The notes under the pieces: generated by a model
Database searches by the model: none
Told to the model about the DNA's origin: nothing
What the model saw: the letters and a program-made list of their open reading frames with translations, nothing else
Assembly: GCA_009691445.1 (NCBI GenBank)
Contig: SICL01000001.1
Span: 65,738-129,737 of the forward strand
Length of the DNA: 64,000 nt
Source: Candidatus Taenariivivens baikalensis
GTDB lineage: Bacteria; Omnitrophota; Omnitrophia; Omnitrophales; Aquincolibacteriaceae
Direction: 5' to 3'
Shown here: positions 39,841 through 49,288 of the stretch, piece by piece
How positions within the stretch are numbered: position 1 is the stretch's first letter
How the letters are laid out: each line of letters starts with the position of its first letter
Made by a program: the position numbers and the translations under genes

Positions 39841-41488
39841 GTAATGGTTTTTCCTCCTCCAAAATAATCACGAGCTCAGGCAGTTGATAGAGAGATAAAA
39901 GCCTGTTAAAATCCTTTAAACCCCATATTTGAATCTTCAGTTCATGAGCAAGCAGCTTTGCGTTCTGTTCAATGCCCTGAAGAGCCACAAGGATTTTCTT
40001 CTGGAACTTTCGCTTTTGGCTCTTTATCTGAAGTAAAAAGGCAGTGACATCCCTTTCCTCTACCCGTCCGGAAAACACCTGGAATCCCCACCGGATTTCC
40101 TTGTAACGTCCAACAACAACCTTCCCCTGGTCCGACAAATTCAAAGCCACGTCGTGAAAATGAGGTAAATGGTATTTCTTTCCATCAAGCTCAACGCTGT
40201 CGCGATGGAATTTTTTCAACAAAATCTCTAAACGAATGACAGGGTCAAGTGCCGCAGAGTCGCAAAAAGAGGCATAAGCTTTGTCCATCGGCAGACGCAT
40301 TTTTTCTTCATCCCTATCACATTCCTGTAAGGATGATTGATAACGAGGCGCATAAACTTCACGAAGCCAAAACCCAAAAAGCGTATCCTCCAAACAGTAA
40401 AAAGACCCATTGCGAACTAAAACGCCTTCCTCTTCTAAACGGCTTAAATGTTTTTTCACGTCCTGCACTTTTTTATTTAAGGCAAGGGCTATTTCTGAAG
40501 TTTTATGGTTGCCACGGCTTACTCCAATTAAAATCCTAGCTCCAAGCACAAACTCTTTCATTGAACGAAGCTGATTTTCCAACCGTCTCTCAAAGAGCAG
40601 CGATAATCTCCCCTGCCGTGAAACCATTTCCTCCGCACAGGCCTGAAGAAGCAGCTGAACCAAACGAGCATCATCGGCATATTGACGAAAAAAATCTTGC
40701 GCTGAGGACTGGAGAGAGATTATTTCCTTATATCGTTGAACGATAAGCTCTTGGTAAAGTGGGAAACCTCCGCAAAATGCGGCCAGGAACTCCCGCCCTG
40801 TTTTGGGTAATGCCGCCGTTGCGGGACTGCTCTCATAAAATTTCTGGCACTCGGCAGTGCTCAAAACGGGTAAATGGAAAATTTCAAAATTACTGAAAAG
40901 CAGGGAAAGCTTCTCACGGAAAATTTCAAGGGCAGCGCGTGGCTGGGAGCTTGTCATCAGAAAAGTCGTTCCCTTTTCAAGCATAATTTCTTTTCCCAAC
41001 AGCCCAAAAACGTCACCTTCAATGACGGTTGAAAGCTCGTGAAATTCATCGATCATTAAGATGATTTTTTTTCCCGTTTCCTCCCCCAAACTACTCGTCA
41101 TAGCAAACAGCTCGCGTACGGTGGTTGTGGGGCGATCACGAGCGACCACCTTTCTTAGGTGGCGAATTTTTTCAAGGGTTTTTGGAATGATTGGATCAGC
41201 GGCTTCCAGAAGAGCCTCGATTGATGTAAGTCGTTCAATGTTCTGATGGGCAAACAATCCCATCAGTAACGACCGGATCCATTTCTCGCATAATGCTTCA
41301 TAATCAAGCGACGGGGCGTGTAGCAGGATAGGAATAAAAGCGCTCTGATCGGATAATTCGCGATAAATCTCAGAGAGGAGTGTTGTTTTTCCGATTCCTT
41401 CGGGACCAATTACACCGAGATTCTGACGGTAGCCATCTTGAAGGGCGAGAATGCGTCTTAGAATACTTTTTTTTATTGTTTCACGCAT
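39794..41488 (-). CDS. ATPase (Arch_ATPase/DUF234-type P-loop NTPase)
   Basis: Walker A 'GPEGIGKTTLL', Walker B 'ILMIDEFHEL'; long C-terminal extension. Start set at Met-20 (MRETIKK). Confidence 0.6.
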   Translation of the reverse strand: MRETIKKSILRRILALQDGYRQNLGVIGPEGIGKTTLLSEIYRELSDQSAFIPILLHAPSLDYEALCEKWIRSLLMGLFAHQNIERLTSIEALLEAADPIIPKTLEKIRHLRKVVARDRPTTTVRELFAMTSSLGEETGKKIILMIDEFHELSTVIEGDVFGLLGKEIMLEKGTTFLMTSSQPRAALEIFREKLSLLFSNFEIFHLPVLSTAECQKFYESSPATAALPKTGREFLAAFCGGFPLYQELIVQRYKEIISLQSSAQDFFRQYADDARLVQLLLQACAEEMVSRQGRLSLLFERRLENQLRSMKEFVLGARILIGVSRGNHKTSEIALALNKKVQDVKKHLSRLEEEGVLVRNGSFYCLEDTLFGFWLREVYAPRYQSSLQECDRDEEKMRLPMDKAYASFCDSAALDPVIRLEILLKKFHRDSVELDGKKYHLPHFHDVALNLSDQGKVVVGRYKEIRWGFQVFSGRVEERDVTAFLLQIKSQKRKFQKKILVALQGIEQNAKLLAHELKIQIWGLKDFNRLLSLYQLPELVIILEEEKPLHETFVGALAQSVYSA

Positions 41489-41580
41489 GTTAAAACTATC
41501 TACCCACATTTTATGGTGTTTTAAGATGCACGGCAGGAATACCAAAAGAAAATATAATTAAATTCTTCGCTGATCGCCCG

Positions 41581-41660
41581 CAATATCGATCGACAAGTAT
41601 CATACAATTTTAAGTTTTGAAAGCAAGTATTAAATAGACGAATATCGATGCAACTCGTAT
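41581..41660. promoter_or_regulatory. AT-rich intergenic region with an imperfect direct repeat (AATATCGAT-N6/7-GTAT, twice, ~59 bp apart) upstream of the ATPase/HIT/dgt gene string
   Basis: Copies at 41582..41600 and 41641..41660; possible binding sites for a dimeric or tandem-binding regulator. Confidence 0.25.
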
Positions 41661-41681
41661 TCCCACAAGGAATTAGAAAAA

Positions 41682-43028
41682 CTATAGTTCTAGAGCACCG
41701 GATCGAGAGCCATCAATGATTTTTTTAATCACGGTGGCCAGCTTCAAGCTGTCATGCCGGACCAACACCGTTTCTGATGCGACATCCGCAAAAATAATCT
41801 CTGCACGTGTCTGCGCCTTAAGTCGGCTCCTATCCTTTTCAATCACCGGGTGTTGAAATTTTTGGGCATACATAAGCCGCGATTCCTCGGAAAATGCGGT
41901 GGAGGAACAAATCACGTAATCAAGAACATCCTTTTTAAGGTAATGATTAAGTTCCTTCACGTGATCACTCACCTGAAACCCACTTGTTTCTCCTGGCTTC
42001 GTCATCACGTTACAAATATAGATTTTTTTGGCCGGACAAGCCCGCAACGCTTCCCCCACCCCATCAACAATAAGGTTGCTGATAATACTTGTAAATAAAT
42101 CGCCGGGACCTAGGATAATATACTTCGCATTAAACAAGGCCTCAATCGCATCTGCATTTGCTGAAGTCTTGGGCTCCTGCCATAATTTTACAATTCGGTA
42201 ATCAGAGCCGCCTTCTTCAAGTATCCCGATATTTTTTTCTCCGGTGACAACGCGTCCGTCGTCCATCTGAGCATGAAGCGTGTTGACCATTTCCGTCACC
42301 GGAATAACATTTCCCTGAATATTTAAAATTTCCCCAAGCGACTTAACAGCATCTGCCATTGAACCCCGAATTTCATGAAGGGCCGTCAGCAATAAGTTCC
42401 CAAGATTATGACCCTCCAATCCAGCTCCTTTGCTAAAGCGATACTGCATGAGCTCGTTCAAAAGATCCGGAGCTGTGGAAAGAGCGACTAAGCTGCGGCG
42501 AACATCCCCGGGAGGTAAGATACCAAACATATCTCGCAAGCGGCCCGTGGACCCGCCGTCATCACTCATACTGACAATCGACGTTAAATTTATTCCCGTC
42601 AGTGTTTTGAGCCCAGAAAGGAGGGTGAAAAGCCCCGTACCGCCTCCCAAGCAGGTCATCTGAATATTTTGATGCAGGGACTGCTGGACAATGGACACAA
42701 ATTTGCGCATTGCTATCGGACGGGAAACAACGGTTGTTTGAGAAAAATGCTCCGCTTCCACCCGATGCCGCTCTTCTTCGGTACTCGTTAAAACTAAAGT
42801 GGGCGGTAATTTGAAATTCTCTATTGAGCAACAACGTCTTAGAACTTCACTTGCATTCATGCGCGGCAACTCATAACCAAGAAGAAATAAATCGTATCGG
42901 CTCGTAATTGCTTTCTGAAAGGCGTCAAATCCATTATCGACAATCACCCATTCATAACTAAATCGGGAAAGCGCCCGCTGGATCAACGCGACAAGGGGTT
43001 CATTATTGATAGCGAGTAAGATTTTCAT
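41682..43028 (-). CDS. Degenerate receiver (pseudo-REC) domain fused to YvcK/CofD-like (UPF0052, gluconeogenesis-factor family) domain
   Basis: The N-terminal CheY-like fold has NN at the DD acidic pocket ('ILLAINNEPL') and Gly at the phospho-Asp position ('YDLFLLGYELP'). The C-terminal part carries 'LGGGTGLFTLLSGLK', typical of YvcK/CofD. Confidence 0.7.
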   Translation of the reverse strand: MKILLAINNEPLVALIQRALSRFSYEWVIVDNGFDAFQKAITSRYDLFLLGYELPRMNASEVLRRCCSIENFKLPPTLVLTSTEEERHRVEAEHFSQTTVVSRPIAMRKFVSIVQQSLHQNIQMTCLGGGTGLFTLLSGLKTLTGINLTSIVSMSDDGGSTGRLRDMFGILPPGDVRRSLVALSTAPDLLNELMQYRFSKGAGLEGHNLGNLLLTALHEIRGSMADAVKSLGEILNIQGNVIPVTEMVNTLHAQMDDGRVVTGEKNIGILEEGGSDYRIVKLWQEPKTSANADAIEALFNAKYIILGPGDLFTSIISNLIVDGVGEALRACPAKKIYICNVMTKPGETSGFQVSDHVKELNHYLKKDVLDYVICSSTAFSEESRLMYAQKFQHPVIEKDRSRLKAQTRAEIIFADVASETVLVRHDSLKLATVIKKIIDGSRSGALEL

Positions 43029-43201
43029 TGAGTCTTTTTACGGCTATTTCGAAAAAAAATAGAGGTCCGTAAAAAGGCACCCTCTGGCCCGAGATCAGGT
43101 GCTACTGACGGCGGAATTCCCGGACCAAAAAAAAGATCGTTAAACGCAACGCCCTTTTCACAAAAATTCACATCATTAAATAGTGCAGGTAGAAAAAACA
43201 A

Positions 43202-44680
43202 TTAAATCAAAGGGAAGGTAACGCTAACGGTTGTTCCCTGAAGAAGATGGCTGTGGAGGGTGATAGTTCCTCGATGCGCGTCGCAAATGGCCTTGACAAT
43301 ATTAAGCCCCAGACCTGAACCCTCAAATTGCCGGGCTGACTCGGTGCGGTAAAAGCGAGAAAAAAGTTTCGGGATTTTTTCCGGCTCAATGCCCATCCCA
43401 GTATCCTGGATTTCAACGCGGGTCAGGTTTTTATCTCGAACAAGGCGGAGGGTCACCGATCCTCCCTCCGGAGTAAATTTGATCGCATTATCCACTAAAT
43501 TACTAAATAGGCGCTTGAGATAAACAGCATCACCCTTAATAACAACATCGTCTTGAAGAAAAGATTCTAAGTGGATTGATTTTTGAGCTGCTCGTTCCTT
43601 AAACCGCTCAACAGCAAGTACTAAGGCCGAAGAAAGAGACACCTCGAGCATTTCAAATCGAAGTTGTTTTGCGTCGGTTCGAACCAAAAAGATCAGATCA
43701 TCCACCAGACGAATTAATTCGTTAACTTCGCCTTCGATGACTCTCAAGGTTTTGGTCAAATCCTCCGCCGAGCGTACACGCCTTAAGGCTAAGTCGATTT
43801 CACCACGAATAATCGCAAGAGGCGTTCTTAGCTCATGGGAAATATCCGAACTAAAATCACGAATCATTGTCTTTGAAGCTTCAATGCGGTCCATCATTTC
43901 ATTAAGGGTTTCGGCAAGACGATCCAGTTCATCCCCACGATGCGTTCGCGGAAGCCGTCCGCGAATATCCGGTCCCGTAATTTGACGGGCTTCACGAATC
44001 ATCAGATCAAGCGGACGAAAGGATCTTTTAGCCATAAACCATCCGGCCATAAATGCCAACCCCAGCGCCATGGGAATAGAAATACTAAAAATGATCAGAA
44101 GACGATGAAGTGTGTTCCTGACTTCCTGGATGGACACACCGCACTGAATGATGAAAAGCGGGACATCCTGGTGGCGGACAAGACGATAATACAGGCGGAC
44201 AGGAATTTTACGAAAATGAATGGTCTGAAAAGACTTTCCTTGTTCGAGGAAAAAACTGTCCCGCTCAAAGTCCGGAAAAATAACCTCTTCTTCCCACCGT
44301 TTGAGATTCATAATCAACGGTTCATGGTCCAACCCGAGAAGACGAATCATCATTTGACTGCGGGCTACTTTTTTGCCGGCTCCTTCCCAGCGCTGAATCG
44401 CCGCAGCTAATTTCGCTTTGATCGGGGGAACAAAATAGAGGGAGGTGTTCATCCGGTGATGCTGGCTCTCAATCCTGGCGCCGGTAAAAATCGATGCCAA
44501 ATCCTTTTGCAGCGATTCCTCAATATTGATTGCCTCAGTCAAAAGAATCTGATCCGCATCACGGTAAAGAGCACGCGATAATTCCAGGTACATAAATACC
44601 GCGAAAATTGTCAAAAAGATGCTAAGAATGAAGGTATACCAAAGTGTCAGGCGAAGCTTGACGGATTGAAAATAAATCAT
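43202..44680 (-). CDS. Sensor histidine kinase (two TM, HAMP, HisKA, HATPase_c)
   Basis: H-box 'SHELRTPL'. Also carries the C-terminal G1/G2 boxes and two N-terminal TM segments. Confidence 0.85.
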   Translation of the reverse strand: MIYFQSVKLRLTLWYTFILSIFLTIFAVFMYLELSRALYRDADQILLTEAINIEESLQKDLASIFTGARIESQHHRMNTSLYFVPPIKAKLAAAIQRWEGAGKKVARSQMMIRLLGLDHEPLIMNLKRWEEEVIFPDFERDSFFLEQGKSFQTIHFRKIPVRLYYRLVRHQDVPLFIIQCGVSIQEVRNTLHRLLIIFSISIPMALGLAFMAGWFMAKRSFRPLDLMIREARQITGPDIRGRLPRTHRGDELDRLAETLNEMMDRIEASKTMIRDFSSDISHELRTPLAIIRGEIDLALRRVRSAEDLTKTLRVIEGEVNELIRLVDDLIFLVRTDAKQLRFEMLEVSLSSALVLAVERFKERAAQKSIHLESFLQDDVVIKGDAVYLKRLFSNLVDNAIKFTPEGGSVTLRLVRDKNLTRVEIQDTGMGIEPEKIPKLFSRFYRTESARQFEGSGLGLNIVKAICDAHRGTITLHSHLLQGTTVSVTFPLI

Positions 44681-45354
44681 TCAGGGAGGAGACGGTATCC
44701 AGCTCCCCGGATGGTCTCAATACGGCCAGGGCCTTCCAGCGAATCAATTTTTTTCCGTAAAAAATTAATATAAACGTCAATGGTATTGCTCATAGGATCA
44801 AAGCTCTGATCCCACACATGCTCTGCAATCTGAGTGCGAGTTACGACGTCCCCTTTATGACGGATTAAAAACTCCAGTAAAGAGAATTCCTTTTGGGAAA
44901 GTATAATCACTTTCTCGTTTATCCTGACTTCCCGGGACAGTAAATCCATACATAAATTACCCTGAATAAGCTGGGATTCTTTCTGAATATCATGCGGGCG
45001 ACGCAGCATAGCACGCATCCGGGCAAGCAGTTCGTCAAACGCAAACGGCTTTGTTAAATAGTCATCCGCTCCTCCATCGAGCCCTTGTATTTTTTCCTCA
45101 ACGGCATCTTTCGCAGTGAGAATAATAATGGGTGTCTTCAATTTCTTTTCGCGCACCTTTTTACAGAGCGCCAGACCATCGAGCTTCGGAAGCATCCAAT
45201 CCAGAATCATGAGATCGTAGGAATTTTTATTCACTAACGCCAACCCTTCTTCACCATCAAAGGCTGTATCCACGCCATATCCTTCTTCACTGAGACCTCT
45301 CTCAATAAAACTCGACATTTTCTTTTCATCTTCGACAAGTAGAACACGCATCAT
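44677..45354 (-). CDS. OmpR-family response regulator
   Basis: REC with intact D/D/K residues (VEDE...MILD...K) plus a winged-helix C-terminus. 4-bp overlap with the kinase. Confidence 0.9.
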   Translation of the reverse strand: MMRVLLVEDEKKMSSFIERGLSEEGYGVDTAFDGEEGLALVNKNSYDLMILDWMLPKLDGLALCKKVREKKLKTPIIILTAKDAVEEKIQGLDGGADDYLTKPFAFDELLARMRAMLRRPHDIQKESQLIQGNLCMDLLSREVRINEKVIILSQKEFSLLEFLIRHKGDVVTRTQIAEHVWDQSFDPMSNTIDVYINFLRKKIDSLEGPGRIETIRGAGYRLLPE

Positions 45355-46457
45355 TTTAACCTTTCCTTTTTCGTAAACCTCAATGGCTGATATGAAGCTA
45401 ATTGCGGTACTATCTTACCTGATACAATGGATTTTGCTAAAAGTTTTCCAGCATAGACACCAAATAGAATACCACTGCGATAATATCCTCCGGCAACATA
45501 GAGACCTGAAGTCGCCGTTTCCCCAATCACGGGAAGCTGATCCTTTGTCCTGGGGCGCAAGCCGGACCACATCGAGGTGACCGCGCAGAGCCGGATATCC
45601 GGCCAAAAACGTTCAACCCCTGACATTATACTAGCAACACCCGCCCGCGTTACTCGCGAACAATACCCTGCTTTTTCAGTGGTCGTACCGATTAAATACT
45701 GATGACTATCCCACGGAACGACGTAATGATGCTCCAAATTATGAAGGATTTTATCTAAAAAAATCTTTTTTGATTTAACGAGGACAATCTGCCCCCGTAT
45801 TGGCGTCAGCGCTGGAAAATGCCGGGAGAGAGAAAGATCTCGCCCCCAGCTGCCCAATGCGTTCACCAACGCTGAGGACTCATAAGTGTTGGTCCCGGAA
45901 AGAGCGACGTAAATTTTCGTATTCTTTTCTTTCCGGAAGCGAATAGGCGCTTTATCAGTCCACGCAAATTTTACACCGAGTTGCTTGGCTAGGGCAAGCA
46001 GCCCATCCATGTACTGATGCGGGTAGACACGCCCCATCGTAGGATAGTGGATCCCACGGGATGTCCACTCGACAGGAATTACCGTTTTTTTCTGCCAGGT
46101 AAAACGTCTCTTTAACTCGTCTTCATCCTGGGCAGATAAGGCCGCATAAATCATCCCGGTTTTTTTATACCCCACATTTAATTTAGTCTCGGACTCAATC
46201 CAGCCGATATTTTTTTCATATTCCTGAAAAGCAGGAATCGTGAGGGTCAACAGGGGGTGATTCGGTTCACGGATTTGGAGAAAGGGATCGAGAATTCCCG
46301 CAGCAGCACGTGACGCCTCACCCGGAACCCGGCGCTTGGACATCACCAAAACCTTAAGACCCTCCCGGCGCAACTCAAGAGCAACTCCAATGCCCGCGAC
46401 GCCCGCCCCTAAGACGATAACGTCAAACTGATTCTGTCGGCGGATAATAAAAGGCAT
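45351..46457 (-). CDS. FAD-dependent oxidoreductase (DAO/ThiO glycine-oxidase-like)
   Basis: N-terminal 'DVIVLGAGVAGIGVALEL' dinucleotide-binding motif; 368 aa. Confidence 0.7.
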   Translation of the reverse strand: MPFIIRRQNQFDVIVLGAGVAGIGVALELRREGLKVLVMSKRRVPGEASRAAAGILDPFLQIREPNHPLLTLTIPAFQEYEKNIGWIESETKLNVGYKKTGMIYAALSAQDEDELKRRFTWQKKTVIPVEWTSRGIHYPTMGRVYPHQYMDGLLALAKQLGVKFAWTDKAPIRFRKEKNTKIYVALSGTNTYESSALVNALGSWGRDLSLSRHFPALTPIRGQIVLVKSKKIFLDKILHNLEHHYVVPWDSHQYLIGTTTEKAGYCSRVTRAGVASIMSGVERFWPDIRLCAVTSMWSGLRPRTKDQLPVIGETATSGLYVAGGYYRSGILFGVYAGKLLAKSIVSGKIVPQLASYQPLRFTKKERLK

Positions 46458-46460
46458 TGA

Positions 46461-48539
46461 TTATCTCAAAAAATTACGCAGTGCATCCCGGCTGAAGATC
46501 GGAAGCTGACAGGTTTGATTGCGGCAAATATAGACCGCAGCGGCTTCCACGCTTGCTTCAAGTGAAGGAATCCACGGAACTAATGTCTTTAACTCAGAAT
46601 AATCATTTGGACCTGCACACACAACCAATATTTTGTTCGGAAAATATTTTGTTTGAATCTCCCGAAGCAATCCATTTTCCCCGTACAAACTTTCTTGAAG
46701 AGACAACACAACGAACTCACTCCCCTCCTGAAAAAGGTCGCGACTCATGAGCAACCAGGGAAAGGCACTGGGATGAGCTTGTCGATTTTTCTCTACAGAT
46801 AGAAGAGTTTTTCGTGCAGCCTCTCCAAAAACGGATTCCCCACAAATTCTTGCTAGGCGCGCCAAAACCCAGGCACTCACCGAGTTAGAAGAAGGCACCG
46901 CTCCATCATAATAGTCTTTAGTTAGCGCAATAAGCTTTTCGCTATCCTTCGCCGTATAGAAAAAGCCTCCAGCTTCCACATCTTCGAAGAGGTCGAGCAT
47001 CTGATAGGCCAGCCGCTTTGCTTCTTTAAGCCATTTGAGTTTAAAGGTGGCTTCATAAAGATCCAGAAGTCCAAGGATCAAATAGGCATAATCTTCATGA
47101 CAGGCTGGGCCGGACGTCTCACCATCGCGAAAACGACGCAGCAAGCGCCCTTCGATTTGTATCCGGGATAAAACAAAATCTGCAGCACGGGAAGCTATCT
47201 CCGCATACGATGAATCACCAAGGGCTGAAGCCCCTAAAGCAAAGGCGGAAATCATGAGGCCGTTCCAACCGGTCAAAATCTTGTCATCTGTCAAGGGAGG
47301 AATACGTTTTTTCCTTTCGTGGTAAACTTTCCCGCGCATGACTTGAATCTGTGCTCTGAAACTCTCGACGGACATTCCTTGACGAGCCGCATAGGATTCC
47401 AGATCTTCTTGCACCCGCAAAATGGACGTAGCATGTTCAAAATTTCCTTGCGGGGTCACATCGTAATACAGGTTAAAGATTTGGGCGTCAGGATCACCCA
47501 GAATCGCTTTAGTTTCTGAGGAATTCCAGACATAAAATTTCCCTTCGATGCCTTCGCTGTCCGCATCCTGCGCAGAAAAAAAGCCGCCCTCTGGATGCGT
47601 CATATCACGGCTAACATAGTTCAAAATATCGCGGGCAACTTCAGAATAAAATGGCGTTTGAGTGACTTGCCAGGCTTCAAGATAAACCCGGGTAAGGATG
47701 GCCTGATCATAGAGCATCTTTTCAAAATGAGGCGCAAGCCATTCCCCATCCGTAGAATAACGGTGAAAACCGCCGCCGAGCTGGTCATACATTCCACCGC
47801 GAGCCATTTTCTGAAGGGTGTGCTCCACCATTTGAAGGGCTTCTTTATTTTTAGAGCGTTTGCTGTACCAAAGCAAAAAAGAAAGATTATGGCCTGATGG
47901 AAATTTAGGCGCTTGACCAAACCCTCCGTGCACAGGGTCATACATCATCCGGTAATTGTGAAAAGCTTTTTCCATTGCCGCAGAAATATCCGGCATTGTG
48001 TCCGCAGATGCATTAGTAGGTTGGAGCGCATAGGAAATCTTTTCGGAAGATTCTAAAATTTCAACCCGACGCTCCTGCCAAAGGCCTGCAATTCTTGGTA
48101 GAAGATTTTTCATACCAGCACGGCCCCAGCGATCCTCAGGCGGAAAATAGCTCCCACCCATAAAGGGTTTTAAATCTGGCGTCAAAAAAACTGTCAGTGG
48201 CCAGCCTCCGGACTGATTCATTGCTTGTACCGCTGACATATAAACATGATCAATATCCGGCCGTTCCTCCCGGTCAACCTTTACGGAAATAAAATCTTTG
48301 TTCAGCAAGGCTGCGATTTCTTCGTTCTCGAAGGATTCTCGTTCCATCACATGGCACCAGTGGCAAGTGGAATAACCAATCGACAGAAATATTACCTTAT
48401 TCTCGGTTCTTGCCTTGGCCCACGCTTCGGGACCCCAAGGAAACCAGCTCACAGGATTATGGGCATGCTGGAGAAGATAAGGGCTTTTTTCTAAAATAAG
48501 ACGGTTAGTATAAACAGGCTCTGACGATTGCATAAACAC
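46461..48539 (-). CDS. Thioredoxin-domain DUF255 protein (YyaL/SSP411-like) with (alpha/alpha)6 domain
   Basis: N-terminal '[21 protein letters not shown]' thioredoxin-like motif; 692 aa. Confidence 0.8.
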   Translation of the reverse strand: MFMQSSEPVYTNRLILEKSPYLLQHAHNPVSWFPWGPEAWAKARTENKVIFLSIGYSTCHWCHVMERESFENEEIAALLNKDFISVKVDREERPDIDHVYMSAVQAMNQSGGWPLTVFLTPDLKPFMGGSYFPPEDRWGRAGMKNLLPRIAGLWQERRVEILESSEKISYALQPTNASADTMPDISAAMEKAFHNYRMMYDPVHGGFGQAPKFPSGHNLSFLLWYSKRSKNKEALQMVEHTLQKMARGGMYDQLGGGFHRYSTDGEWLAPHFEKMLYDQAILTRVYLEAWQVTQTPFYSEVARDILNYVSRDMTHPEGGFFSAQDADSEGIEGKFYVWNSSETKAILGDPDAQIFNLYYDVTPQGNFEHATSILRVQEDLESYAARQGMSVESFRAQIQVMRGKVYHERKKRIPPLTDDKILTGWNGLMISAFALGASALGDSSYAEIASRAADFVLSRIQIEGRLLRRFRDGETSGPACHEDYAYLILGLLDLYEATFKLKWLKEAKRLAYQMLDLFEDVEAGGFFYTAKDSEKLIALTKDYYDGAVPSSNSVSAWVLARLARICGESVFGEAARKTLLSVEKNRQAHPSAFPWLLMSRDLFQEGSEFVVLSLQESLYGENGLLREIQTKYFPNKILVVCAGPNDYSELKTLVPWIPSLEASVEAAAVYICRNQTCQLPIFSRDALRNFLR

Positions 48540-48604
48540 CTCTTGGTCAGTATAGTCAAAACCTACGGTTCAAGGCAAAATAAAAAGTGCCGATTATCAG
48601 AAAC

Positions 48605-48988
48605 ATGAAAAAGAGTCTTTTATTGACAACACTCCTGCTCCCGCTCTTATCAACTGGCTGTGTGGGATACGATGTGCCGCCACGCATTTTTCACTGGAAA
48701 CCCTTTCGCTTACTGCGAAGCAGCGAGCAAGTCGGGCGAGATCAGGTGACAAATCGCTTATTTGTGGCCGTAAAGGCTTATCCTCTCAGAGGCCGATTTT
48801 CAAATGAGGTTTTGAGCTTTTTAGGACAGCCGCAGGAAATTAAGATCCTTGAACGCGGCGTTTCGGAAGATTGGCTTTATATTTATTACAAACCCCATCT
48901 CAAGGAAAGGATTGACTCGGAGGAGGGATCCTTCCTGGTAAGATTCTATAACGATAAAGTGATTGATGTCGTCAGGGACGTGGTTTAG
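48605..48988 (+). CDS. BamE/SmpA_OmlA-like small outer-membrane lipoprotein
   Basis: Lipobox 'LLSTGC'; 'VLSFLGQPQEI...WLYIY...FLVRFYNDKVIDV' resembles the BamE family. Start at Met-7. Confidence 0.5.
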   Translation: MKKSLLLTTLLLPLLSTGCVGYDVPPRIFHWKPFRLLRSSEQVGRDQVTNRLFVAVKAYPLRGRFSNEVLSFLGQPQEIKILERGVSEDWLYIYYKPHLKERIDSEEGSFLVRFYNDKVIDVVRDVV

Positions 48989-49001
48989 TCTCCGTTTTTC
49001 G

Positions 49002-49280
49002 TCAGCAATCTGCTTGGATCACAAGGTCAAGAGAAGACAAACGATTGATAAACGACAAGGCATCTTTCTCCGCCTGCTGAAGACTCACTTCAAAGGTATG
49101 GGTCAAGTGATCAATCACATCAGAGACAGCGAAATGACCGTCAAGGCAAATCCAGATTTCCGTCGCGACGGTATCAAACTGAAACACCTTTCCCTCTGCA
49201 TCATCCACTAAAACGGCCCGATCTTCGATAATCTTCCAGCTTATATCATCCCGTCTCTTAAAAATATCCGCCTTTTTCAT
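49002..49280 (-). CDS. PqqD-family protein (RiPP recognition element, RRE-type peptide chaperone) copy 1
   Basis: About 92 aa; 'WKIIEDRAVLVDDAEGKVFQFDTVATEIWICLDGHFAVSDVIDHLTHTFEVSLQQAEKDALSFINRLSSLDLV' fits the PqqD/RRE consensus. Start at Met-32 (AGGA SD, 8 nt after the upstream stop). Confidence 0.75.
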   Translation of the reverse strand: MKKADIFKRRDDISWKIIEDRAVLVDDAEGKVFQFDTVATEIWICLDGHFAVSDVIDHLTHTFEVSLQQAEKDALSFINRLSSLDLVIQADC

Positions 49281-49288
49281 GGAATTTC

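Noticed and set aside
43029-43201. GGAATTCC palindrome and A-run considered as a terminator after the histidine kinase
   Set aside because: The stem is only ~4-6 bp. The poly-A/T tract is on the wrong side for either strand's transcription direction.
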